A stretch of 64,000 bases of DNA, from the IMG/VR virus record IMGVR_UViG_3300029915_000005, one strand, 5' to 3'. Below are positions 1 to 11,654 of the stretch, one piece after another (within the stretch, counting starts at the first letter, position 1; every line of letters begins with the position of its first letter). Origin of the DNA: a virus. A program made the position numbers and the translations under genes. Under the pieces are notes generated by a model, which had not been told where the DNA came from, ran no database searches, and worked only from the letters and a program-made list of their open reading frames with translations.

Positions 1-2
1 AT

Positions 3-3000
3 ACTGGTGATAATTTATCAATCTATGAAATTCCAAATACCACTGGTTCTTTTATTCCTGCAACACCCACCAAACTTGGATTATCTGCTGCGTATGTTCC
101 GCAAATTTATGTAGATAATACATATCAAATTCCTCGTAATGTTTTACAAGGTCACGATGGTAGCATAACTGAATGCTTCAATGATTATCGTGATAATCTT
201 TTATTGGATTATGAAATAAGAGTTTACAATAACTTAAAGGTTAATAATCAATTATTAACTGATATCATACAAACACATGTTCCTCAAAATGGTAGATTCA
301 GAAATGAATTAGCATATGATTTTTCTCCGTATTCTCCTTCTGAACAATTAACTATTTCTCAAAGAATGTTTTTTGAATGGGCAGCACAATATAATATAAA
401 TTATACCAATTTCTACGATGCCAATAATATGTTTACTTGGAATTGGAGTAGTAGTTTAGATAAATTTTCAGATAGCCAACCATTATTGGGATACTGGCGC
501 GGAATTTATAATTGGTTTTATGATAGCGAAAATCCAAATACTCGACCATGGGAAATGTTAAACATCTCTGTAAAACCAGCTTGGTGGGATTCAATTTATG
601 GACCAGGCCCATATACTGGAGGAAACTTAATTCTATGGAACGATATTGCAAATGGAATTATAAGAAATCCATCAGGAATAACAACAAGCAGTTATGGTAT
701 TAGATATTATAATACCAATTCAGTTTTATCAGTTATACCTGTTGATTCATATGGAATTCTATTAAATCCAAATCAAAGTATTATTGGGACTTATAATGAT
801 TCTGCTGCTGAAAATAGTTTTGTTTTTGGCGACAGCGGCCCTGTCGAAACTGCTTGGAAGCGCAGCAGTATATACCCATTTTCAAAGTTAAGATCAAAAA
901 TTTTACAAAATCCTTTGTTCATGCTTGGCACTTTATGGGATACCAATAATTATCTTCCAACAGTTGAATTAAATCAATTTAGATTTCAAAATGGATTATT
1001 GGGAAGCATTAAACAAGTTGCACTTAATAGTGTAGATAATAATGGATTGGCTCAAATAAATAGTATTCTTAATTATTCAATTGAATATCTTAGAAATGAA
1101 GGAAAAGATCCTTCTTTACTAAGAACTGCCATCGATAATACTAATGTAAATCTTGTATATAATTTGGGGGGATATGCAGACGCAAATAATTTGACTGTGT
1201 TAGCAACTCCAAATAACCCAAATGACGTTGGAGCTGCTGAATTAATTTCCAATGAGGATTACTCTCTTTTCCTAAATGAAAGTTCTCCAGTTGGTGTTCT
1301 AACATATAGTGGTATAATAATTACAACGGCTGCAAATGGGCAAGGATATCAAATTTCTGGGTATGATAAGGGAAATCCATATTTTATGATATATCCTGCG
1401 CTATCATTTGTTTCTGGACCAACTATTGGCATATCTCCAAATTTATTTACTTACCCCAAACAGTTTGATTCTAACCCTAGCATAGTCTCATATAACACTA
1501 TCTTTGGGACACAACAAGAAGTAATTAATTTTATTGCTGGCTATGAACAATTTTTAATTTCCAATGGGCTAAATTTTAATACAAATCCAACTCAAGATAA
1601 AATTGATTATGCTGCTGCTGCTTTGCAATTTGTTAAGTGGAGTTTAGTAAATTGGAACAATTCTCAAAATATATCACTAATTATAAATCCAGCAGCTTCT
1701 ATCATAGAATATGATGCATTAACTGGAACATTACATGATTTAACTGATTCAACTTCTAGCTTATTATTGGATGTAAATGGAAACATTATTGATGGAAAAT
1801 ATTTAGATGTTTTTAGAGACATAAACACAGTAACTATTACTCATCAAGGTGGAGGAGTATTTTCTTGCATTCGTGCAAATATTATAAATTATGAACATAG
1901 ATTTACAATTAACAATATATCTTCGTTTAATGATACTATCTATGATCCAATAACTGGAAATAGACAATTGCGTTTGAAAATATCTGGACAAAAAACTGCA
2001 AATTGGACTGGTTCATTAGATTTTCCAGGATTTTTGATTTGCACAAATCAAGTCAATCTTTGGAATCCAAATCAAGATTATTTGATTGGGTCTATCGTTC
2101 AATGGAAAAATTCAAATTATGTAGCTACAACAAATATTATTGGATCATCAACTTTTCAATATTCACAATTTAGTTTAATAACTACAAAATTTACAAATTC
2201 TATTTTACCAAATCTCTCATTAAAAGCGACTGATTATAGTCACGCGTATGATCCAAATTACCGTCCATATATTAATGATTTGGTTTCTCTTCGCAATAAT
2301 ACTATTGGTTATATTGAGAGAGATTGGCTTAATTCTTTGAATATTGATTTGTCAGCGCAATCTAATTTTTATAGAGGATGGATTAAAGAAAAAGGAACTC
2401 TAAATTCATTGAACAGTTATAGTAGAGGATCTACTCCTGGATTAAATACGCAAGTTATTCTTAATGAAGAATACGCTATGAAAGTTGGAGAGTATGGTTC
2501 AGATAGTAGAACTGGATATGGAGAAGTGAGTTTGCCGCCTACTGTAAATTCTCAAAATCCATTAGTTATTTCTTTTGTATCTTCTCCCAATTCTGAAGAC
2601 ACTACAACAACTCAAATAGTTCCTTTTAATTTATATGAAAAATCTATAAATTGGACCAACGATTTTATTCAAAATTTTGGGAATTTAAAAGCAACCACTT
2701 CTTCATTTGAATCTGCTGGTCCTGTTATTCCTAGCAGATTAATAACTCAATCTTATCAAAATATTCCTGGTTTTGAAAAATCAGATGAAGATTCATTATT
2801 TTTTTCTAATGTGCAAACTCTGATAAACAGCACATCTCAAAATAGTATTATAAAAATAGCTGAAAATAATGGTTCTTTTTGGTTAGAAACAAACCAAATA
2901 TCTGCTGGCCCAAATCAGTGGGATATTATTACTTTTTCTCCTGCAATCACTAATATTTTATCTATAACTCAACTTAACCCACAAACATTAAGTTTTAATT

Positions 3001-6000
3001 TAACATCAAATATAAATGCGATTATTAATAGCGTTATCATTATCGATCATGTTGATCCATCTGCAAACATATCAATACAAGGATCTTTTATAGTTTCAGA
3101 TTATTTCTTGCAAAATGGTTACGCAAATTTAATTGTTGCCACTAGCAATAATATATTAAATGGAAATATTATCACTTATAATCCTGCATGGAATTCAACT
3201 TCGATCTATACAAGCAAAAGTTTGCGAAGCAATTCTATTGCAGAAAGCAATATTTCATTATCAGATACTACTCGATATGTGGATAAAGATAACATTACTT
3301 GGGCTGAATATGAATTAATTGCTCCATATACTAATCAAATAACTTATCCAGATGTTGCTTTTCAATTACCAATTACGTCTGTTGCGTATGATGATATTAA
3401 TCAACTATTATGGTCTGGAAAACCTTCAGCTATAGGAAATAATGGATTAGTAGAACTTAGACAATTGACTGAAAATATATCTTCCACTGATATTTTGGTA
3501 TCTGTTATTGGTGGAAGTGTCTATGATATTGAAACTATTAGGCCAGATACTGCTCTTCTTGGATCAGCAGTAGTGTGCGCTAACGGATTTGCTGTAGCAA
3601 CAGCAACCAGTTCTAATGCTACTGCTAATATTAATAATATTGGTCAAATATATATTATCAAAAATAATACAAATGGATTATACCCAGAAATAACTCAAAT
3701 TCTTAGCGCAGACGCTGTTCCAGCGATATATTTAAATGGTGCAAATTTTGGAAAGAATTTAGCCATAAGCGATGATGGAAATTGGCTGTATGTAGTTATT
3801 GATAATTTTGATGGTACAGGACATGGGGGAATCAATGCGTATCAATTAAAAACTAACGCTAATGCTTCTTCATATACATTGGCAGAGCCTCCAAATAATA
3901 CATTAATTAAAGTTACTACACCAATCTTTAATGCTGATTCGTACAGCATTACTGTAACAGTGTCAGTTCCAAACGAAATACCAATTATATTAATACCTCA
4001 TATGGATTATTCTGTTAATCCTTTCGACCCAACTGATATTTTCTTATTTGGAAATCCAATTCCGAATATTGTGGGTACTACTGTTTCTGTCGAAGGTCTT
4101 TCTCAATATTATGCTTGGGTTGATACATTGGTAACTCCGTTGGGATCAAATACCAATTTCGGAGCGTCAATATCTTGTGATGCAACTGGAGAAGTAATAA
4201 CAGTTGGAGCACCTGATTATAATAATGGTGCAGTTATTATATACAGAAGAATTATTGAAAACTTATATAATCCGACAACTGGTGTATACACTCAAACATT
4301 TCCATCGCTAAATTCATTAAAATTTGAGTTATCTCAAATTTTGAACGCACCAAATTCATATGATTCTCAATTTGGTGCTTCTGTTGCTATCCAAAATAAT
4401 CAATTATTGGTGGGAAGTCCTAATAGCACAATAAATAATAAACTCAATAAAGGAGTTATATATTGCTATTCATTAGACACCCAAGTTCAAACTCAAAAAA
4501 ATGTACCAGTAGCAAATTTAACTTTTCCAATTTTACCTTTTAGAATTAATAATTGGATAACAACAAATACCTCTTTGGATATTTCATCATTACTAACAAA
4601 TATAAATTCATTATCTAATTATTCTGGAGTTACAGCGACTCTAATAAATTCAAATATTATATTGACTATAAATGAGACGTTGCATACTTCAGGTTTGACT
4701 CCAGCTTTAATTTTTTGGAATATAGATTCTCCATTATTTAATAATGGACCATTATTCAGTGAATTCACATTAACAAATACTTTATATTCAAATTCAATTA
4801 ACTCCACCAATTTTGGTCAAAATATAAAATGGATTGCATCTGACTTATTCGGAGAAATTGAAAATATTGGATTTAATCAAGTAAATACCCCTGATTCCAC
4901 TGATGGCACTTACTATGATGGCGGAAATACTAATTTCAATGAAACAACCAATCAATATTCTCAGAATTTAAAAATTTATCAAGTTTTGAAATCCAATCGA
5001 TCTTGGATACATTCAAATTCTGATTTGTTGCAACCAATTGTTGTTTTTACAAAAACAATATCTGGTATAAACTATCCATCTATAATATATGCCGCAGATA
5101 TTACAAATCTGTTTGTGATAGATAGTAACAATCCAACAAAATCAGTTGAAGTATTTAACAATGAAAATTTTGCTCATGGCTGGACTGTAGCAACCGCTCA
5201 AGAATTTCCAATTGATTCTACTAGCATCAGTAGAGCATGGATTTATGATTCTATTACAAATATTAAACTTTCTGATTTAGAAATAGTTGATTTAAATGCT
5301 GGAATTTTACCAGGAGCAATTGCCAGCGATCTGGATTTTATTTGTGATAATGATCCTGCTAATTATAATACACAAAAATGGAATCCTGGAACATTATATA
5401 ATATGGGAGATAGAGTTATATACAATAACCAATTGTATGCAGCATTATTTTCTGGAAAAAGTGGCAGCATATTTAATTCTTCTTTATGGGAATTATTGAG
5501 TCTTCAAAAAACATTTGAAGCTTTTGGTCCATCTTTATGGGGATCGCACCAAAAAGGCATGACATGGTTCAAAACTAATAATTTAAAAACTGTAAATGCA
5601 CAATTGGGAAATATATCTGAACGCGCTGCAAATTGGAATACTTGGTTTCCAAATTCAAATATTGAAGTTTATGAATGGGTTACAAGCTCTGTTCCTCCCA
5701 ATTCATATATATCCAATGACACAAATGGATTCATCATAGATATTAATTGCCCATATACATTTGATAATTCAACAAAAATATATGGCTTCTGGGTTTATAA
5801 TAAATCCATACCTGGTTCTTTGCATACAGTTTCTACCAATCAGCTTATATCATCATTATCTGATATTCAAAATTCTGGAATTCCCATGATTACTGCTATT
5901 GATAATAATGTTATATCTATTTGGAATATCAATCAATTTATTTCCAATAATACAGCAATTCTCCACATAGATTATGTTGTGGCAAATGGAAATAATCAAT

Positions 6001-9000
6001 TACATAATGAATTCGCCCTTATCAGCAATGATGGGAAAAAATCTTGGTATAAAACTCCAATCTATTCTAAATTCATTGATAGTTTGAGTGGCATGACTGA
6101 TTTAAATCAATTAGTACCAGATATTACTTTACCAATAAATCAGCAAACAGGAATATTAATAAATCCTCAACAATCTATTTTTGTTGATAGAATACAAGCA
6201 GCAAATATATATTTTACTGTAATAAATCAGAACTTATCAAATTTGGCAGTCGCATCATCATCAGTTATTTCTTTATTAAGTGCATCTGATCCTATTCCAA
6301 CTACTGGATTTTTGCAACAAATTCCAGACAGAGATGTTTTGAATGAATTAAATATTAATGATTATCCAGAACATTATAAAATTTTATTGACTACTGATGA
6401 TCTTCTATCTCCTGCTGGATGGTCAATAGTAGAAGCTATTAATGGAAATTGGGAATTTTTTAAAGTACAATTATATAATTTAACCAATAACTGGAAATAT
6501 GCTGATTGGTTTTCTTCAAACTATGTAAAGTCTACTCCAATGTTTGTTTTGAATAATATTGGAGAACTACCAAGCATAGTATACAATATAAATGATATTA
6601 TTCAGATTAATACCAATGGAAATAACAATAAAATAATTTATAAAGTTCTTTCCAATGAGTTAAATCCTGATATTTTGGAGTTAAATCCTATATTTATTCA
6701 AAACGGAACCATTCAATTTTTGTCGAATATTTATGATTTTGGATTTGACATTGACGCATTTGATACTACTCCTTTTGATGATGATCCATACATTGAACTT
6801 CGTATGATTACTCAAATACTAAATGATTATATTTTAACTGGAAGCAAAGATTTAACAACAGCAGCCGACGATGCATTTTATGCAGTGTTACAATATGTCA
6901 TTCATGAAAATAAAAATCTTGATTGGTTATTTAAAACTAGTTTTATTACTGTCAATTACATTAATAGAAATTTAAATATTCAAGGATCATATGAACCTGA
7001 TAATCAATCTATTATTGAAGACTTTGTAAATGAATCTACTCCTTTTCATACTCGTATCAGAGCATTTTATGATACTTACACTGCCAATGATTATGGAAAC
7101 ATTGGAACTGTAGATTTTGATTTGCCAGCACAGTATGATGAAAATTATGCCAATATTGTATTAAATTACAGCGATAATGTAAAACCAAACGGATTATTGC
7201 AATTAAGTCAATTTGGCCAAAATGTTGGAATGGCTGCTGATTTTGATTCTTTTTATATTACATCAACTGGCATTCCTATTATTTCTCAAAGTAATGATAG
7301 TATATCACAAGATTGGATTTTTGGATTTAAACAGCATGTGTATTCTGATTCTATTAATTTTAATACTGTTCCCAATAACATTGGGCCTATTGCTTCTGCA
7401 ATAGACGGTGTGCCATTCTACAGCGCAAATAGTGGAATTATGGAAACATTATACCAAACTGGAAACTTAATAAATTCACAAACATTTACAATTAATACTG
7501 TATGGCTAGATCAACAAAATAATATAGATACTGGTATAGGGCTACCAAATGAATTGGGAATTTGCCAATATCTATCAGATCCTTATTTATTATATAATAA
7601 AAATGTTTTAACACATAGTCCATTACTAGGATATGCTTGGGACGGAGTTCCTATATATGGTCCTTATGGATATGTAGAAAATAATGGAGACGGCGGAATT
7701 TTTATTAACACTAGCAGTTATAAGTTATTAACTACTCCTAGATTAGATAAAACTGGATTTTCAATTGTTAATGGTTTGCAATTGGCAAATTATAATATGC
7801 CAACTGGAGAATATATTGAAGATTATGAATATGTTCCTGGTTTTGGTAGTCTTGATCAAAATAATGGAAGATATTGCACAACACCAGAATATCCATTAGG
7901 AACATATGCATACTTTATTTCTGTCGATTCAATTTTTCTAAAACCAGTATATCCATATGTAATTGGGCCAACTTATTACGGAATTCCTTATGGATTAAAA
8001 TATTCATATGTTAATGGTATTAGTACACCAGTTTATCAAAATGGAAAAGTTGCTCTGCCTCAAATTAATATAGCAAATAGTGCCAATTTCATTAGAACAC
8101 CAGATGGTTCTGTTAGTTCTGATTCTTTAACTTTACAGAAACCAATTTATGCTCCTTGGAATGATAATTATATTAACAATAGTCAGTTGATTAGGCATCT
8201 CAATACCACAATAAGATTTGATAGAGTTAATAAAGAAATTGAATATTTAACTGCAAACACATCTTATCCAGCCAAAGAAGTATTATTTAATTCAAATTCT
8301 GGAATATTTATGCAATCGTTAGTTGCCAATGCCAACAGCGCAAATATTATAGATGCAAATATTTGGGGAGTAGCAAATTCAATGGCAATTGCAACTTCTA
8401 CAGCAATGAACCGAATAACAGCAGAATATTCGCCGTCTTCCAACATGTTTGCCAATCAAGCAAGATTACTAATGGACGGTATTGATTATTCTGGTGTAAT
8501 AGTAAAAAATGAAAATTTTGTTGATTCATATTCTGTTCCAACAGGTTCATTGTTTGATTTAGATGATTCTTTTGCAGCAAACACTTCATTAAATATTTCT
8601 TGGAGGCCAGGATTGATTACCAGTTCTGCATTATCCAGCGAAGTTTATAGATTTGGTAACTCATCTGGAGCATTCAATACCAAAACTAAACAATATATAT
8701 CTGCAAATTTAATGAGTGATGATATTTCTGCTCTGAGTATCAATTCTAGTAATTTTACATTGGAATTTTTCGTTAACTTCAGCAATTTAAATGCTGGCAA
8801 TATCATGGTTATGGTAGATACGAGAGATTATTACTATTCCCCATCTGGCTTAGTAATATATAAAAATAATGGCAATCTTTGTTTGGGATCAAATACTTCC
8901 ATGCCATTGTTATCATATAATTTACCACCATTACCACAAAATGAATGGCAATTTATTACTGCACAAGGATATACTACTAATATTAATGGAAATCTTTCTA

Positions 9001-9443
9001 GCAATCTATACATGTATTTGAATGGGCAATTAATAAATAGTATAATGCAATATTACAATTTTTCCGATTCAAATTTAACTTTAGGTGCTGATGTTATTGG
9101 AGGGAATGTATGTTGTGGATATATGGACGAAATCAGATTAACCAAAAATATTAATCGTTATGATTATAATGCTATAAATATTAATGTTCCATCCAGTCCA
9201 TTTCCAAGAGAGAATGATCCATATCTTAATATAATAGATACTCCTTTGTTGTTTGGATTTGAATCTTTTAATAATGAAGGTCCAGCGTCAATAACATTTA
9301 ATTCAATTAATTCGCAAACATTAATTAATGATTTATCATGGAATACTAAAACTCTAGAGCTTGTAAACTATAATGCTGGAAATGTTATTGTAGATTCTTC
9401 TCTAATAAACAATCAAAATTTTTCCGTAAAACTAAATCAATAG
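3..9443 (+). CDS. Giant virion structural protein (baseplate-wedge-like), 5'-truncated by the window; FG-GAP-like repeats, YHYH-like domain, C-terminal LamG/ConA-like domain
   Basis: The frame of the 204..9443 ORF is open back to position 3, so the true start is upstream. FGASISCD/FGASVAI and VGAP/VGSP repeats; HSPLLGYAWDGVPIYGPYG...LDQNNGRYCTTPEYPLGTYAYF; FTLEFFV...GYMDEIRLTK; sits in a structural cluster. Confidence 0.75.
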   Translation, partial: TGDNLSIYEIPNTTGSFIPATPTKLGLSAAYVPQIYVDNTYQIPRNVLQGHDGSITECFNDYRDNLLLDYEIRVYNNLKVNNQLLTDIIQTHVPQNGRFRNELAYDFSPYSPSEQLTISQRMFFEWAAQYNINYTNFYDANNMFTWNWSSSLDKFSDSQPLLGYWRGIYNWFYDSENPNTRPWEMLNISVKPAWWDSIYGPGPYTGGNLILWNDIANGIIRNPSGITTSSYGIRYYNTNSVLSVIPVDSYGILLNPNQSIIGTYNDSAAENSFVFGDSGPVETAWKRSSIYPFSKLRSKILQNPLFMLGTLWDTNNYLPTVELNQFRFQNGLLGSIKQVALNSVDNNGLAQINSILNYSIEYLRNEGKDPSLLRTAIDNTNVNLVYNLGGYADANNLTVLATPNNPNDVGAAELISNEDYSLFLNESSPVGVLTYSGIIITTAANGQGYQISGYDKGNPYFMIYPALSFVSGPTIGISPNLFTYPKQFDSNPSIVSYNTIFGTQQEVINFIAGYEQFLISNGLNFNTNPTQDKIDYAAAALQFVKWSLVNWNNSQNISLIINPAASIIEYDALTGTLHDLTDSTSSLLLDVNGNIIDGKYLDVFRDINTVTITHQGGGVFSCIRANIINYEHRFTINNISSFNDTIYDPITGNRQLRLKISGQKTANWTGSLDFPGFLICTNQVNLWNPNQDYLIGSIVQWKNSNYVATTNIIGSSTFQYSQFSLITTKFTNSILPNLSLKATDYSHAYDPNYRPYINDLVSLRNNTIGYIERDWLNSLNIDLSAQSNFYRGWIKEKGTLNSLNSYSRGSTPGLNTQVILNEEYAMKVGEYGSDSRTGYGEVSLPPTVNSQNPLVISFVSSPNSEDTTTTQIVPFNLYEKSINWTNDFIQNFGNLKATTSSFESAGPVIPSRLITQSYQNIPGFEKSDEDSLFFSNVQTLINSTSQNSIIKIAENNGSFWLETNQISAGPNQWDIITFSPAITNILSITQLNPQTLSFNLTSNINAIINSVIIIDHVDPSANISIQGSFIVSDYFLQNGYANLIVATSNNILNGNIITYNPAWNSTSIYTSKSLRSNSIAESNISLSDTTRYVDKDNITWAEYELIAPYTNQITYPDVAFQLPITSVAYDDINQLLWSGKPSAIGNNGLVELRQLTENISSTDILVSVIGGSVYDIETIRPDTALLGSAVVCANGFAVATATSSNATANINNIGQIYIIKNNTNGLYPEITQILSADAVPAIYLNGANFGKNLAISDDGNWLYVVIDNFDGTGHGGINAYQLKTNANASSYTLAEPPNNTLIKVTTPIFNADSYSITVTVSVPNEIPIILIPHMDYSVNPFDPTDIFLFGNPIPNIVGTTVSVEGLSQYYAWVDTLVTPLGSNTNFGASISCDATGEVITVGAPDYNNGAVIIYRRIIENLYNPTTGVYTQTFPSLNSLKFELSQILNAPNSYDSQFGASVAIQNNQLLVGSPNSTINNKLNKGVIYCYSLDTQVQTQKNVPVANLTFPILPFRINNWITTNTSLDISSLLTNINSLSNYSGVTATLINSNIILTINETLHTSGLTPALIFWNIDSPLFNNGPLFSEFTLTNTLYSNSINSTNFGQNIKWIASDLFGEIENIGFNQVNTPDSTDGTYYDGGNTNFNETTNQYSQNLKIYQVLKSNRSWIHSNSDLLQPIVVFTKTISGINYPSIIYAADITNLFVIDSNNPTKSVEVFNNENFAHGWTVATAQEFPIDSTSISRAWIYDSITNIKLSDLEIVDLNAGILPGAIASDLDFICDNDPANYNTQKWNPGTLYNMGDRVIYNNQLYAALFSGKSGSIFNSSLWELLSLQKTFEAFGPSLWGSHQKGMTWFKTNNLKTVNAQLGNISERAANWNTWFPNSNIEVYEWVTSSVPPNSYISNDTNGFIIDINCPYTFDNSTKIYGFWVYNKSIPGSLHTVSTNQLISSLSDIQNSGIPMITAIDNNVISIWNINQFISNNTAILHIDYVVANGNNQLHNEFALISNDGKKSWYKTPIYSKFIDSLSGMTDLNQLVPDITLPINQQTGILINPQQSIFVDRIQAANIYFTVINQNLSNLAVASSSVISLLSASDPIPTTGFLQQIPDRDVLNELNINDYPEHYKILLTTDDLLSPAGWSIVEAINGNWEFFKVQLYNLTNNWKYADWFSSNYVKSTPMFVLNNIGELPSIVYNINDIIQINTNGNNNKIIYKVLSNELNPDILELNPIFIQNGTIQFLSNIYDFGFDIDAFDTTPFDDDPYIELRMITQILNDYILTGSKDLTTAADDAFYAVLQYVIHENKNLDWLFKTSFITVNYINRNLNIQGSYEPDNQSIIEDFVNESTPFHTRIRAFYDTYTANDYGNIGTVDFDLPAQYDENYANIVLNYSDNVKPNGLLQLSQFGQNVGMAADFDSFYITSTGIPIISQSNDSISQDWIFGFKQHVYSDSINFNTVPNNIGPIASAIDGVPFYSANSGIMETLYQTGNLINSQTFTINTVWLDQQNNIDTGIGLPNELGICQYLSDPYLLYNKNVLTHSPLLGYAWDGVPIYGPYGYVENNGDGGIFINTSSYKLLTTPRLDKTGFSIVNGLQLANYNMPTGEYIEDYEYVPGFGSLDQNNGRYCTTPEYPLGTYAYFISVDSIFLKPVYPYVIGPTYYGIPYGLKYSYVNGISTPVYQNGKVALPQINIANSANFIRTPDGSVSSDSLTLQKPIYAPWNDNYINNSQLIRHLNTTIRFDRVNKEIEYLTANTSYPAKEVLFNSNSGIFMQSLVANANSANIIDANIWGVANSMAIATSTAMNRITAEYSPSSNMFANQARLLMDGIDYSGVIVKNENFVDSYSVPTGSLFDLDDSFAANTSLNISWRPGLITSSALSSEVYRFGNSSGAFNTKTKQYISANLMSDDISALSINSSNFTLEFFVNFSNLNAGNIMVMVDTRDYYYSPSGLVIYKNNGNLCLGSNTSMPLLSYNLPPLPQNEWQFITAQGYTTNINGNLSSNLYMYLNGQLINSIMQYYNFSDSNLTLGADVIGGNVCCGYMDEIRLTKNINRYDYNAININVPSSPFPRENDPYLNIIDTPLLFGFESFNNEGPASITFNSINSQTLINDLSWNTKTLELVNYNAGNVIVDSSLINNQNFSVKLNQ

Positions 9444-9451
9444 GAATAAAC

Positions 9452-10903
9452 ATGAGCACACCAGGATATATTCGGGCTGCTGGGGACCAAAATTATAATT
9501 TTGGAAATAATGATTTCACTGTGGAATTTTTTGCAAGTACTATAAGCAATAACTATCCTCAGACATTATTTGAAATTTCAAATAATGAATCTTTTGCAGC
9601 CAATAATTATAATCAAACTCGTTTTATAACAGCTATAGAAAATGGCAATATCAATTCTTATGCTTTACAAACTAATAACAATTCTTTATTATTTTCCATA
9701 AATGGTAATGAATTTTCTCCAAATGTTACTCACTTTATAAGTGCAGAAAGAAAGAACAATAAATTTTATCTGTTTTTGGATGGAGTTTCTCAAAGTCAAC
9801 CCGTTAATGCTGCTATTCCAATTCCTGCACAATATATTATAAATAACTCGAATAGTATGCAATTACCAAGAATAAACAGCTCAGCATTGATTACAATAGG
9901 TGCTGATAAAAATGGGGCAAATACTTTCATTGGAAGTTTTGGAGATTTTAGAGTAACCAATGGAATTGCGCGTCATGTAAGAGAATCACAAGTACAAAAC
10001 AAAATCACCAGTGAATTTACTGATATTGTCTTAGGAACTAGAGCAGAAGATATCAATATTGCTGGAGGAAATTTTATAGATAGTATATCAAGTCATTATC
10101 CAGAAGAATTGGTGCCAGGGCAAATGTTTGATGCTTTAAACATATCTGTGTATCAAAATTCAAATTGCGCAAATTTAAGTTCCAATATAGCTAATATTCA
10201 AGCAATAACAACAAATACACCAAATCCATCATTTAATGCAAATTCAGTATTGCTTGGTTTTAGAATATTTAAAGATACAATAGAGATTGGACCAATTGGA
10301 GAATATAATTTTAACACTGAAAATTCTCTAGGAATCTTTCCAGTTCCATGGTCGTCGATATCTTCTGATTCTGGAACTGTATCAATAAATGGAAATATTA
10401 TTGATTCTTCTCTATGGAATATACAAGCCAATAAATTATATTTATATGTTACTGCTCCATTAAATAGCAATATACAAATTATTGCAACTGGACCAACTTC
10501 GTATTATAGTATTGGTGCCAATGCCATAACCACGTTATCTAAAAATTTATATTCAACTGATTCTCTAATTTCAGCGAGTAATGTGGCTGGATTTATAACT
10601 CCAAACCCTTTAACAAACACCCGCGGAAAATTGTTTATTAATGGAGAATGTATAACTTATCTATATATTGATAGAATTGGAAATACTTTATCAGGATTAA
10701 GAAGAGGAGTTAATGGAACAGGAGTTCCAAATATATACATAGCCAATGCTAATATTCAAGTTATAAGTGCATCATATGATCGGGAACTTCCTGGCAATCC
10801 AGGAGAATTTATTTGGTATAATAATTCAAATTCAAATTTGGCTGCTACCAATTCTAATATTTCAAATTTTTTAATTAATCAAGGGACTATTCCTCCAGTA
10901 TAA
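9452..10903 (+). CDS. Virion structural protein with N-terminal LamG/ConA-like domain
   Basis: DFTVEFF...FIGSFGDFRVTNGIARH LamG-type pattern; PEELVPG and GECITY...LRRGVNGT segments typical of large-phage baseplate proteins. Confidence 0.6.
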   Translation: MSTPGYIRAAGDQNYNFGNNDFTVEFFASTISNNYPQTLFEISNNESFAANNYNQTRFITAIENGNINSYALQTNNNSLLFSINGNEFSPNVTHFISAERKNNKFYLFLDGVSQSQPVNAAIPIPAQYIINNSNSMQLPRINSSALITIGADKNGANTFIGSFGDFRVTNGIARHVRESQVQNKITSEFTDIVLGTRAEDINIAGGNFIDSISSHYPEELVPGQMFDALNISVYQNSNCANLSSNIANIQAITTNTPNPSFNANSVLLGFRIFKDTIEIGPIGEYNFNTENSLGIFPVPWSSISSDSGTVSINGNIIDSSLWNIQANKLYLYVTAPLNSNIQIIATGPTSYYSIGANAITTLSKNLYSTDSLISASNVAGFITPNPLTNTRGKLFINGECITYLYIDRIGNTLSGLRRGVNGTGVPNIYIANANIQVISASYDRELPGNPGEFIWYNNSNSNLAATNSNISNFLINQGTIPPV

Positions 10904-10911
10904 ATACATAT

Positions 10912-11046
10912 ATGAATATGAAACCTGATGAATTTCCAGCAATATCTGTTACTGAACATTTAAAAATTAAAGTAACTGAAAAAAATAGTAACTCATCAAT
11001 TATAACTGAAAAAGTTTGCCTTAACAAGAGAGTGAAAAATGAATAA
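10912..11046 (+). CDS. Small structural-module protein, 44 aa (MNMKPDEF...HLKIK...LNKRVKNE), not in the ORF track
   Basis: ATG 5 nt after TAAATA (10901-10906); HLKI resembles HVKI at the N-terminus of the next gene; stop overlaps the next start. Confidence 0.55.
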   Translation: MNMKPDEFPAISVTEHLKIKVTEKNSNSSIITEKVCLNKRVKNE

Positions 11047-11644
11047 ACAAATACCAATGAGTTTTGGTCATGTTAAAATTACAGATGCAATAACTAATGA
11101 AATTTTAGTTGAAAAAACCAACGCTATAAATTTTGAAAATTTATCTGTTGCTATTGCTCAAAGTTTATTATCAGGACCATTAAATGCAACTTCTGGTCCT
11201 GGATTTATTTATACTATGGCTTTTGGAAACGGAGGAACAACAGTTAGTAATACAGGAATTATAATATATAATTCACCAAATACTATCGGAAGTTCAGCAA
11301 CGTTATATAATGAAACTTATAGCAAAGTTATCAATAATTATTTTTCATCTAATTTGGATCCTATCAATAATAACATTGTTTATAATCACATTCCTGGAAA
11401 AGCATATACTGATATTGTAGTTTCTTGTCAATTAGATTATAATGAACCATCTGGGCAAACTGCGTTTGATAATGCAAGTAGTTTAAATAGTAGTCAATTT
11501 TCTTTTGATGAAATAGGACTTGTTAGCTTTAACGGGCAACTGTTGACTCATTGCATTTATTCTCCTGTGTTAAAAAGCGCCAATAGATTATACAATATTA
11601 CTTACACACTAAGAATTTCAACATTATCTTCATTAATCGCGTAA
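11039..11644 (+). CDS. Putative baseplate/tail structural protein
   Basis: MAFGNGG and FDEIGL...PVLKSANR...ITYTLRI motifs; between structural genes. Confidence 0.55.
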   Translation: MNKQIPMSFGHVKITDAITNEILVEKTNAINFENLSVAIAQSLLSGPLNATSGPGFIYTMAFGNGGTTVSNTGIIIYNSPNTIGSSATLYNETYSKVINNYFSSNLDPINNNIVYNHIPGKAYTDIVVSCQLDYNEPSGQTAFDNASSLNSSQFSFDEIGLVSFNGQLLTHCIYSPVLKSANRLYNITYTLRISTLSSLIA

Positions 11645-11654
11645 GGATTTAAAT

